NCBI RefSeq assembly: GCF_009914755.1 | Contig: NC_060935.1 | DNA: 64,000 bases | Source of the DNA: the human T2T-CHM13v2.0 reference genome, Homo sapiens | Reading direction: 5' to 3' (one strand) | Part shown: positions 42,010-53,670 of the stretch, piece after piece | How the letters are laid out: every line of letters starts with the position of its first letter | How positions within the stretch are numbered: the stretch's first letter is position 1 | Made by a program: the position numbers and the translations under genes | Notes under the pieces: model-generated | What the model was told of the DNA's origin: nothing | The model's database searches: none | Seen by the model: the letters and a program-made list of their open reading frames with translations, nothing else

Positions 42010-43340
42010 GGCCACAACTGGCTAGAGGTTCACCAAACACATTTCCCTATTGTTCTGGGAATACAGCTAGGCCGCATGTCTCAGTCTCCCTTAAAGGTAG
42101 GGGTGTCCTCATTATTGTGTAAGAACTAATAACATATGAGAGGAAGTGATGTATGTCCCTTCCAAGCTTATCCCCCTCCAAAAGCCTCCTATACAATTTT
42201 CCCCTCTCTTTGTTTACCCTAATGGTTTCTGAAACACACAGAGGCTCTAGCAGAGGATGCAGAGGCCCTGGAGAATGATACAGCCAGACAGAAAGAGCCT
42301 AGATTACTGAACCATTGCTAGGAGCGATCAATAACACCCAAATAAACTTTATAGCAATAAAAGAATAAATTATTTTTTTAACTGAATGGATTGATTTGGT
42401 ACAGAAGCTGGTGCACTAAACACTTCTGATCTTGACTGAGACCTGCATTTTTTTCGTATTTGTTGTCCACTTAGACTTCTCCCTTGAGATTCAGCATTAA
42501 ATATGTAATTACTTAATTGAGGTCTCCAACTGGAAGTCTATTAGCTCAAGCTTCACATAGTGAAAGATAAGTTGCTCTACAACCCACTGCCCAACAAATT
42601 TACTTTGTGCCTCCCCAATACCAACCCAACCTATTGCCAGACTTCCCTCCCTGTCGTACCTGAATAAATGATGACACCACTCTTCACAGCAGTTCAGGCT
42701 AAAATCCTGTCACTCTTGACTATTTTACTCATAACCAGCAGCTACCTCTACTTAGTCCTAAAAGGGAAAAAAAGTCATCTTTTCCTTGTAAACCTTTACC
42801 TTTACTCTATTTTTCTCTGCTAAACAAAGTTTAAACTTTTTATCAAGATGTACAAATCTTTGCAAAATCTCATACAAATCTAGTCTTGCGATGAACTTCT
42901 ACCTTGAAAACCTCATGCCCCTGGTCACTGTGAAATGGATGAAGAGTAGATATCTGACTCAGCTTTGGAGAATATTTTTGCCAAGGTGTTGAATTCAAGT
43001 TTAAAGTGACTGGAAGCATTACATGAGTGGCTAGCTAGCTTCTACCTCACATATGAATTGACTAACAAAGAAAGCAGGATTAACTAGAAAGCAGAATAAA
43101 GCAAGTGCCCAGAGAGGAGCAGAAACAATATTAGAAATGGAGCACTCCTTCAATTTATAATCTCCAAGATCTTGATTACTGCATTTCCTGAGACCCATTG
43201 TCATTTCTACATTTGGCTTCTGTGAGACATTCTTGTGTCTTTATAATAAGCCCCTACCACCATTACTCCCTCTCTTTTTTGCTTAAGCTAACTGGAATTG
43301 GTTTATTTTATCTACCGTATAGAATCCTGAATAATTAAGC
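42010..43340 (+). mobile_element. MaLR LTR remnants (MLT1J-like ~42010-42420, MLT1K-like ~42880-43340) within L2 fragments
   Basis: gagaggaagtgatgtatgtcccttcc and ttttgcttaagctaactggaattggttt motifs. Confidence 0.5.
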
Positions 43341-45130
43341 TTTCCAGCCTCATCTCTAATTCACTAGTACTCCCCGATTCCCTTCTGCCATCACATATGA
43401 AAACTGGATACATTGAACTTCAAATGGTTTCTAGAATATTGTTGGCTATTTTGTGATATTAGGATTTAAAAAAATCTGTCTCATTTGCTTGTGATATTCG
43501 CTGCCACTTAGCTTTCTGGAAATGTTTTAGTCATGCATTAGGGCTCGTCTCAAATATCACCCTTGCATTGGACTTATTTGGACCTTCTGCAGGAAGATAT
43601 TTTTATTCCATCTTTTGTGCTGTCATAGTACTCTATCTACCCATCTGTAATGACATGAAGGACATGAAATCATTATTGAAAGATTTTCTTCCTCATTAGA
43701 CTGACGCAAAGGCAGGAATGATGCCCAATTAATTCTGAATGCCTCAAGTATACTACACGATTTGACCTACAGTTGTATGTCTATTTGTCAAATGAAGGAA
43801 GAAATACATGAAAGAAGAAACTGTGCTAGCCCTGCCAATTATTATTTTAGCAGATATCTTATTTTAATTGTTTAAGTTTCAAATGATCTTTGTGGTATAC
43901 TGGCTTATTTGTTTAGTTTATTTCTCAGCACATTCTTTGCATATTTTATTACCCATCAGCAATAAAAGACAAGAAGGGAAAGAAGGAATTGTAATAATCA
44001 GCTCTTCACACCCTTATTTCTCTTCCCTAATATTTCCCCAAGTTTTTATTTTGTTCTCACAATTAAGTCTATACTACTTAGAAAATAAGATTAAATCTTC
44101 TATGCTCCTTTGGTTAGAAATTTTTCTGGGATGGATTTAAAGTTGAACATCTATTGCAACTTAAAATTTTTGTTAAAGTTGCTCTTTCTTTCTAATAGCA
44201 ATTATGTTGGGCTAGAGGATAAATAGTTGGAGATAACGGAATTTTCTCTTAGTGTTATTGCTGCCTCCATTCTTCTATATCTTGTAATGGACTCTTTGGA
44301 GATTATAATAATAATGAATACTAGCTTAATATTTATCAACCACAGAGCCGGGGGCTGAGCCAAGTGGTTTTATATACATTGCCTTATTTACTCCTTTTCT
44401 CAGCACTGTGACTATAGTACTTTCATAATACGTATAACTTTAGAGGTATTTTGAGTTACTAAGAAATAACATGAAAACAAGCTCTTTGAGCCTGTAAGAT
44501 TACTAGCTAGGACAGCTTTGTAAGAGAAAGACCTCTTTACCCTTCAGGAGTAGCAGGAAAAGTATGCTATTCAACAGGATTGGCTTATCCACCTGACTCT
44601 GACATAATCATATATGAAATGATACTGATATCAGCTTTCTTTCTCCAATTGTTGATAATTTGGTTCATTATTTCTTGTCCTTCCTCATGAGTAATTTGAT
44701 CTGTCCTGTTCCAGTTCTTCCCTTCCAGAGCAGGAAAGTCAAAGGAAAGGAGGAAGTTGTGTAGAAGAAAAGTTTCAAGGGGCATTCTCCGGAAAGACTG
44801 AAACATTATGCTAACCAGTCAAAACATATTTTGAGAAGTTAAATTTGGATTAGAAGTCTCTTTCTATAATTTTTTTTTCAATTTTTAAAAATTTTTATCT
44901 TTAAAAAATGTGTTTTTCAAATTTTATCAAAAAGCTCGAGCTTTGTCCTAGCTGAGCTCACAGGAAAAGGAATGTTTTCAGATCTCAGATCTGAATAAGT
45001 GGGGGAACAGCTTATCTCTGAGGGGGCAAGCTGGTAAGAGGGTCCCATTTGAAAAACTCAGAAACAAGAAAGGATTTTAAGTGGGAACCAGGAGTTTCTC
45101 TTCAAAATAATCCTTTACACTCTGTTCATT

Positions 45131-45328
45131 AAAATATATATATATTTTTATATATTATATATTTAAATATATATTTATTTAAAAATATATTATATTATAT
45201 ATAAAATATATATTATATTTTATATACATATATTATATTGTATATATAAAATATATATTATATTTTATATACATATATATTATATTGTATATATAAAATA
45301 TATATTTAAAATATTATATATATATATG
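45131..45328. repeat. AT-only minisatellite (~46-48-bp units)
   Basis: tatataaaatatatattatattttatatacatatattatattg repeated ~2.5 times. Confidence 0.85.
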
Positions 45329-46944
45329 AATTTAAAAAGTAGTCCTTTCACAAGGTCTAAGGATTTCTCCACTGCTGATAATCACAAGAGAACAAACTGA
45401 GTCTCTAGATAGGGAGAAAGTGAGAGTTGCAACATAGTTCCAGACTCCAGAAGAAAAGGGTTCACGTGCCACGGATTGCCAAGATATCCTGTGATAACTT
45501 AGCTTCTGCTTAGAGTGCTTAGGCCTATATCTCCTATCTACTATTTTCTCTATTTCTTGGGAAAGCTGTCTGATTCCATCTGTGTTTCTATCTGGATATT
45601 TAGCACTTATCACCATTTTATTATATTATTATATATTATTCAACTGGATTTTGTGGTTTAAGAGAATGTTGGGCTAGGAATCAGACCAGTGGTTTAATGC
45701 ACTGAAAAGACATAATAATGTTATAATAACTAACACTTATTGCTTATTTGCTCTGTGTTGGGACTATGCTTAATGCTTTACATGGAATGTTGAGAATTAC
45801 TGAAGTGTTCAGTGAGCAACAAACTATGAAGGTAGATCTATGTGATAAAAATTTAGTTTGGTAACAGAATAAAATATGTAAAAAGAAGTTATCTGTGGTG
45901 TATGTGGGATCATTGGTGTGCTTTGTCCTTAGACATAAGTGTAGGAGGGGGCATTTCAGATGAATGTTGCTATTTCTACAAGTCAAGCCAAGTAATTCAA
46001 TAGAATAAAAATTTGCCATTATTAATTATTATTACTATTAATTTTGTCAAGCCTGGGCAGCTATATGTCATACCTTCAGTAAAAAGGAATATCCATAGCC
46101 TAGACATTGAAACTAATATATTTATTGTTCCAGATGCTAACACAGCTGAGTGATGCCCTTCATTCAGGAGCTCCTGGGGAACACAGTGCTATATAATACA
46201 GTGAAATGGGAATCAGTGAGAAGAGGAAAAATAACTTCATCAGGAATGTGAATCCAAGATTCTTAAAAGGGCAGAGTACTTTTCTCATTCATTGTTTTTT
46301 TTTTTACCTCCATTCAATTAAAGAGACTTGGGGTCATCGATGTTTCTTTTCTCTTCCATTTCATTTTTGACTTAATACACAAATGGAGTATGTTATTGAC
46401 AGAGGGTCCCCCTTGTGGTCCAGCGTAAACTCCGTCATTCAATCAAAACTGCACACCAAAAACCTATATGATTCATAAGCAAGTGGCATAGGTGTTTGCG
46501 CTACGTCATATTTCAACAGGTAGCATACCTCCAATTTATTTGTTTATTTTTGAGTTTCTTAGTTTGTATTTGCATTTTCTGGGTACTAGATTCCTGACAA
46601 GAATCAGGTAAGGCTGTCATAGCCCAATATATGGAGTTCTATAACTCAGCACTTTAAAGAAAATAGTCCTCAGGACTTTAAAAAAGTTTTTAAAAACTTT
46701 TTAAAAAAGTTTTTAAAAGGCAAATTAAATAATTATTTGTATTTAAAAAAAATCTTTGTGCTTTTAAAATGCTATTAATTTAAACATGATTATGGACAAT
46801 AGATTGCTAGTGATGAATGATGGGGTTTTGGACGCGCCAGACATTGTACAGCTTCTCTTGGGGCAAGCATGGTGATCGATGTGGGTTTCGCAAGCTGGAG
46901 TCATTCAACTTGGTGTTCTAGTCTTGTATATATACTTAATTTCA

Positions 46945-47325
46945 TATTTAAATTGTACAATTATGTTATTTTGACTATAGTCAACCTGTTGTGCTATTAA
47001 ATACTAGATATTATTTATTCTTTCTAACTATTTTTTGTACCCAATAACCATCCCCACCTCACCCTCAAAGCCTACACTACCCTTTGCAGCCTATGGTAAC
47101 TATCCTTCTGCTCTCTACCTCCATGCGTTCTATTGTTTTGATTTTTACATCCCACAAATAAATGAGAACATGAAATGTTTGTCTTTCTGTGCCTGGATTA
47201 TTTCACCTAAAATAAAATGTTTGTCTTTCACCTAAAATAATAAAATGTTTGTCTTTCTGTGCCTGGATTATTTCTCCTCAAATAATGATCTCCAGGTCCA
47301 TTCATGTTGTTGCAAATTTTTTTCA
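46945..47325 (-). mobile_element. L1MA-type 3' UTR fragment with internal triplication
   Basis: gactatagtcaacctgttgtgcta...gagaacatgaaatgtttgtctttctgtgcctgg. Confidence 0.8.
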
Positions 47326-47569
47326 TGTGTCTTTACCACCTGTTCTGGTACCATACCCATCTGTGTTCAATTTTTTTTGTACTGAAAAGTATATATATAT
47401 ATCTCCAATTCCCTGTGATACCGAGGAAAGACAGCATACACACACACACACACACACACATATGTATATGTATATATATACATATGCATATACAGCTACT
47501 GAGTGACAAGTGGTATGGTATAATATCACCTGTCACTCAGTAGCTATCATATATATATATATAAAACAA

Positions 47570-47948
47570 GGAATTGTTTCCAGGAACCCCAAAGATACTG
47601 AAATCTGAGGACGCTCAGCTCAAGTCCCTTATGTAAAATGGCATAGTTATATTGTTTCTCTGACTTTTGGCTAAGATGAAGTTTAGTATCTGTTCTTATC
47701 AGTTTAAAGTGGCATAGTATTTGCATATAGCCTATGCATCCTCTATACATTAAGTAATCTCTAGATTACTTATACTACTTAATACAACACACATGCTATG
47801 TAAATAGTTGTTATACTATATTTTTTATTTGTATTATTTTTTATTATTGTATTGTTATATTTTAATGTTTGTTATTTCCAAACGTTTTTAATTCATGGTT
47901 GGTTGAATCTGTGAATGCAAAATCCACGGATATGGAGGGTCGAATGTA
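47570..47948 (-). mobile_element. MER2 (Tigger) MITE containing the U2 retrocopy
   Basis: ctcaagtcccttatgtaaaatggcatagtatttgcata...ggttggttgaatctgtgaatgcaaaatccacggatatggagggtc. Confidence 0.85.
47651..47707 (+). pseudogene. U2 snRNA 5'-fragment retropseudogene (nt ~1-57, no poly-A tail)
   Basis: attgtttctctgacttttggctaagatgaagtttagtatctgttcttatcagtttaa aligns with U2 ATCGCTTCTCGGCCTTTTGGCTAAGATCAAGTGTAGTATCTGTTCTTATCAGTTTAA. Flanked by direct repeat aaa(a/g)tggcatagt. Confidence 0.92.
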
Positions 47949-48594
47949 CACACACACACACACACACATTCATAATTTTCAAAGTCCACAGTAAGTATCA
48001 AGCAGTGTGTGTTTACCTGCATGTGTAGGTGAATTAACTCTGTTCCTGAGGCGGTTTTATTTCCCTCCAATGGATTCTACTTTATTTCTTAATGTCAAGA
48101 AATGGCTTATCTCTATCTGAGTACCTGTACTTCCTTTCTCTGTCTCTCTCTGCTGTTTCTGTCTCTGTCTCTGTCTCTATCTTAGTGTTTGTGTGGGTGA
48201 GAGATCACCATTCTGCCTGCACCACTCAAAATGCAGCTCTCCTAACTAAAAGATTGTATTATTCACGGAGGTCTCAAACGAAAATGTTTCTCCCATTGGA
48301 CAGAAATGAGAATGCCCTGGCAACCATATTAGGGAAACATGATAATTTACCACATCCTCTCTGTATTCTTGTTCATTTATTTTTCATTCTGTCGTACTCT
48401 GTACCTTTTTATAGGCCACTTCAATTTGTTTTTTACTAGAGCTGGAAACATGTTACTTCTCCTATGAACCAGCCAAGTTTTTATGTGCTTATTATGGATT
48501 CAACATACCCCTCTTCTCAATTCACAACAAATGGCTCCTCTCTATCTGAGATAGAGCAAGTTGAAGTCCTATCCCTCCAGTACTGTACTTTACA

Positions 48595-48763
48595 ATGTGA
48601 AGGCTTGGGACAGATTCTCCTCCACAGCCCCCAGAGGGAACCTATCCCACTGACACCTTAATTTTATACTTCTAGCATCTATAACTGTGAGACAACAAAT
48701 TTTTGTTGTTTTCAGCCACTAAGTTTGAGGTGATTTGTTCTGGCAGTCCTAGGAAACTAATAC
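48595..48763 (+). mobile_element. MLT1(B/C)-type MaLR LTR 3' end
   Basis: aactgtgagacaacaaattt...agccactaagtttg...ctaggaaactaataca. Confidence 0.75.
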
Positions 48764-49870
48764 AATGCCTCTATTAAAACAATTCATCTTGTTTACTCCA
48801 GTGTTTTTTTTTTTTGGCGTATCTGTTTCAGACTGGACTATGTACTCATCAAGAGAAATGACCTTATCTGTCATATACTTCACTCTGTGGTATTTATGTA
48901 AGGGATATAAAATGTAAGACATGATATGCTATGTAAGATATGATACCTGCCTTAAAATCCAGTGTTTATTCATCAAATTGTTACTGAGTGCCTGATGTAA
49001 TTATGTAACAGCCACTCCTCAGGATACTGGTCTTACAACGGTGAGCACAGAGATGATGGTCTCCTCTCTCGTGGAGCAAACAGTCTGGAAAATGGTGGGG
49101 TGGGGGGACATTAAAAACACAAACAAAAAGAAAATAATTGCACAAAAATAATTGTCAAGCAGGAGAAAAACATCTGTATGTAAAGAAGAGGAAGCAGCGA
49201 TCATTCTTGGCCATGGGATGATCTGGAAAGGCTTCTAAAAGGGGCAGTAGATTTTAATAAACAGCACACACAGAGAGACTATTTCCTTGTGAAGAAGAGA
49301 ATGGGGAAGGACCCCTGGGTCATTAGTAGTTCATTTGCCTGGAGCATAGAGAAATAGAGTAAGTAGAGTAATCATGGCAATAGTTTTTTGGGTGTTTTTA
49401 AAATGCTTACTAAGTATCAGCCTTACATTATCTCATTTACCTTCACATTTTTTTGACGTAGGCTGTTGTCATCCCAATTTACAGATAAGGTTGTTGAGTT
49501 TTCCTTAATCGTAGCTTTATACTTATTATTATACCATACCACCTGTCACTCAGATTTATTCCTAGGGATAACTATAATTTGAAATGAGATCTCTGACTCC
49601 ACAGGCTCTGTCTTTTTTTCATTCCACAACAGAGAATTATTCCCTAAAATGCAGAGTCAGAAAGATAGGTTGCAGGCAGATTTTAGAATACTTCTATTAC
49701 TAATCAAAGACTATAAAAATATACTTTACAGTAAACAAAGGAGAAAATCAAATGTCTGCAAAGTAGTAACATGATATACATGCTAAAACATTGAAATAGG
49801 AAAAAATATTGGGGGAAGTAGGATTCCTTAGCACTTACTGAAGGAAAGATCCAGATAAGAAATGTAAATG

Positions 49871-50209
<339 letters not shown>

Positions 50210-51299
50210 TTAGTGTGAACAAGAAGCATCTGAGTTGTCTGCTAAAAATTCCTGCTTCTTCGCAATGAGAATATTCAAAAATCTCGCTTCAAGGTGGTGG
50301 ATAAATTACCTCAATTTGGTCATTACACAATGCACCCATTTAAACACACATCGAAACATCAGGTTGTACCCTATAAGTATGCACAATTATTATGTGTCAA
50401 TTATATTTTTGTTTAAATTCTACTTCCAGTCACCACTCCAGAGGACTGCTGACGTGAGGAGGTTTTAGACAATATTCTGTTCTGGCCTAGCCAAGGGATT
50501 AGGGAGGCAATGTAAGCCAAACTTCCTTTTTCACAGCAAGCTCTTGGACTGCAGGGATCAAATTTCATTCAACTTTTTATTCCCTTTTCCCCTAGGTCCC
50601 AGACCCTTGCTCATAATAAGCATGTGGATGACTCGAATTGAATTATAAGAGTGAAAGACTCTTGTGAAAGAAGAATCATTAAGACTGTGTGAATTTAAAA
50701 AGAGAACGAATTCAAGAGAACATGCTTTGTAAGTCTGGGAAAGAGAACGTGCACGGTACAAGGGCGGTAACATGTGACCAAGAAGAGAAGAGTAAAATGA
50801 ACTCACTAGCCAATTACATTCGAGTGATCTGCTACTTAGAATGCATGATTGAACTCCTAGGTGGTCTTATAGCCACTGCGTACTTTTCCTCTGCCAGACT
50901 TTGAAAGCACTTTGAAGACAGGGTGTCATCTAAAGGTTGGTGATTTGTATTGAGTTCCCCCACCCTAGAACTGGCAGGCACCATTCTCTCTGATAAATAT
51001 CACAGGAAGAAATCAGAGAATTGTATTTTCCTTTGAAATAGTTGGAAGATATATAGAAAAGCCTAATGTGGTTTTCTCAGTTGGAAATTTTCCAGGACAT
51101 AAGGATGTGAATGCCCATCTTCTCAAAAGACATGCTGTAGATGCCAACAGATCTGAGCAGCAGGATGGAATGTATCGAAATAAATGGCAGGATTATCCAG
51201 TGCTGGAGCCCTTATTTAAGAAGCCCATATTAATTGAGCTGAATATAGTTGGCATTCCAACAAATATATGCTGAAAGGAAAATAGCAAAAACAACTTAG

Positions 51300-53670
51300 G
51301 GGATATGTTCTCTCACGTGGTTGATAATTTGTTTCCTAACATTCTGTCACTGAACCTGGCTGGATATGGAAAAGTCCATTCTACTTTCATTCTACTTCAG
51401 CTACTCAGATCTTAGTTGTACCCTAGAACTTTTCATGATGGATAATTGTACCCTTCTATACTTTTCATTTAAACCATGTCACTCACCAATAATTACCTAT
51501 CATTTTCAGCTAATTGCCTCTAGTGCCTTGGCTCCAAACATTCTTTGACCCAACTGTATTTACACTTTTCCTCATTCCTTTATACCCCTAAAATTTGCAG
51601 TCCCCTTCTTACTTAGCTAATATTTTACAATCTCTCCCACAAACACCCTCAAATGGCTTTGCATCTCTCTTCTTCATTGTGTTACTTTTGTAAAATCCAG
51701 ACCCTATTTAAATACAATGTTCCATGTATTCTGTGCCTGAACCTATGCAGCTGATGTAGCTGAAGCAAAGCAGGGGTATTGGCTGGCCTCACTTTAAATT
51801 CTTCATCCTTAATTGGAAATGTATCTTCATACTCCCTGGTAATCCTACTTTATATATTTTTACACCTATTACTTTTCCTGAACTTCCAATACTGCCTCGC
51901 TCCTCTTCATTTTGGTTTATGAACCTGGCTTCCTATTTCACTGGGGAAATAGAAGTAATCAGTAATAACTCGCACGTCTTTTCACCACCACATCGACCAG
52001 CCCATCCTATCTGTACATGTTTATTGTCTCTTCCTTCCTTTCTTACTTGAGCTGTACATGCTCCTATCTGATCACACCTATGCACAGGGTCTCATTCTCT
52101 TTCACTTCAGCAATTAGACTCTTCCTTAAAAAATAATTTTCTGTCTCAACTTGATTATTCCCACAATAGTGCAAACATGTTGTAATATCTTTTTTCTTTA
52201 AAATAACCCATTTTCTTTAAAATAATTTCCAACTATCAACTGATTCCTCTGTTTCTCTCTCTATAAAATTCCTTAAAAGAGATTTCTTATGTTGCTTCTC
52301 TCCCTTTTCTCTCTTCCCATTCTCATTTGAATCTACTTCAAAAGGTTTACTATACTAAGAAAACAAGCTCTTCTCAAGATTACCTATGGTTTCCATAGTG
52401 CTAAATTCAGTGATAAATTTAGTCTTTGTCTTAATCAGCCTCTCGGTATCTTTGATTCAGAGGGTAATTCTCTCCTTCTTGAAATACTTTCTTCACTTGA
52501 CTTCTGGGAGCTACTCTCAGTTTTCCTATTCACTTTAGATGTTCCCCTAAGCTCTGTTTACTCATTTATCTCATCCCTCCACTGGAGTTCACTAGGGTTC
52601 AGTCCTTAGATCCTTTCTCTATCAGCATTCACTCACAAGGTGATATCACATAGCCTTTGAATAGTATCTGAATATTGATGATGGTCAAATGTTATTTCCC
52701 TTGAACTCGAGATTCTATTCAACTCCTACTAAACATCCTTACCTGAACAATTAATAGACACATCAAATTTAATATATCCTAAGTTGGACTCTTGATGTCC
52801 TGCTCTTCCAAACCTGGTCCTCTTGCACATTTTCTATCTCATTAAATGTCTATTTCTTCCCATTGCCTAAGCAATTCAGAGTCACTCTCGAAGTGACTTT
52901 TCTAATTTCCCCATGCATATTTGATCGATCAGTCGTGTTAATTATGCCTTTTAAATGTGTCAAGAATCTAATTACTCCTCTTCCACTGCTAACTTTTCTT
53001 GAAATGACCATCAGCTGTCTCTTGGATAAATACGATGCTTTACTTTTGGTATTTCTGATTCAGCATTTGCTTCCTTATTATCCGTTCTGAACATAGCATC
53101 TGGGTTAGAGGTCTTGTCACCTCTGTGTCCCAAAGTCTACAGTGATTCCCACCACCCTCCTTATCAAGGCTAACAAGGCCCTACATGATCTGGTCCCCAC
53201 TTCTTTTCAGACCTAATTTCTTCTACTTTTTTCAGGCTTCACTCATTAGCCACACTGTCCTCCTTGGTGTGCTTCCACTCTTAGCACATTCCCAGCAAAG
53301 GCCTTTTGTTCTGATTGTCCCTCTTCTTGGAGCTCTCTTCCTTAAATATCTGCAAAATATCTGCTTATCTTTTTCCATCACATCCTTCAGGCCTTTCCTC
53401 AAATGCCAATTTCTCAGGGAGGTTTTCCCTGGCAACCGTATCTAAGATTACGCTTTCCTACCCCAGCACTATCAAACCCCATCCCTGCACAGTTCTCTTC
53501 CTATTTACAGCCATCTAACCTACTACATATGTGACATATCTATGTATTGACTGTTTTCCCCTCTAGAATGTATGTACAATGAGGGCATGGATTTTGTTCA
53601 CTGTTTCATTTCCAGCACCGTAAAGAGAACCTGATATATAGAAGACCCTATATAAGTAACAATTGAATAC
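51300..53670 (+). mobile_element. Long L2 (L2a-like) fossil
   Basis: Pyrimidine-rich L2 ORF/3' motifs ending ccctctagaatgta...gagggcatggattttg...ttgaata. Confidence 0.7.
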
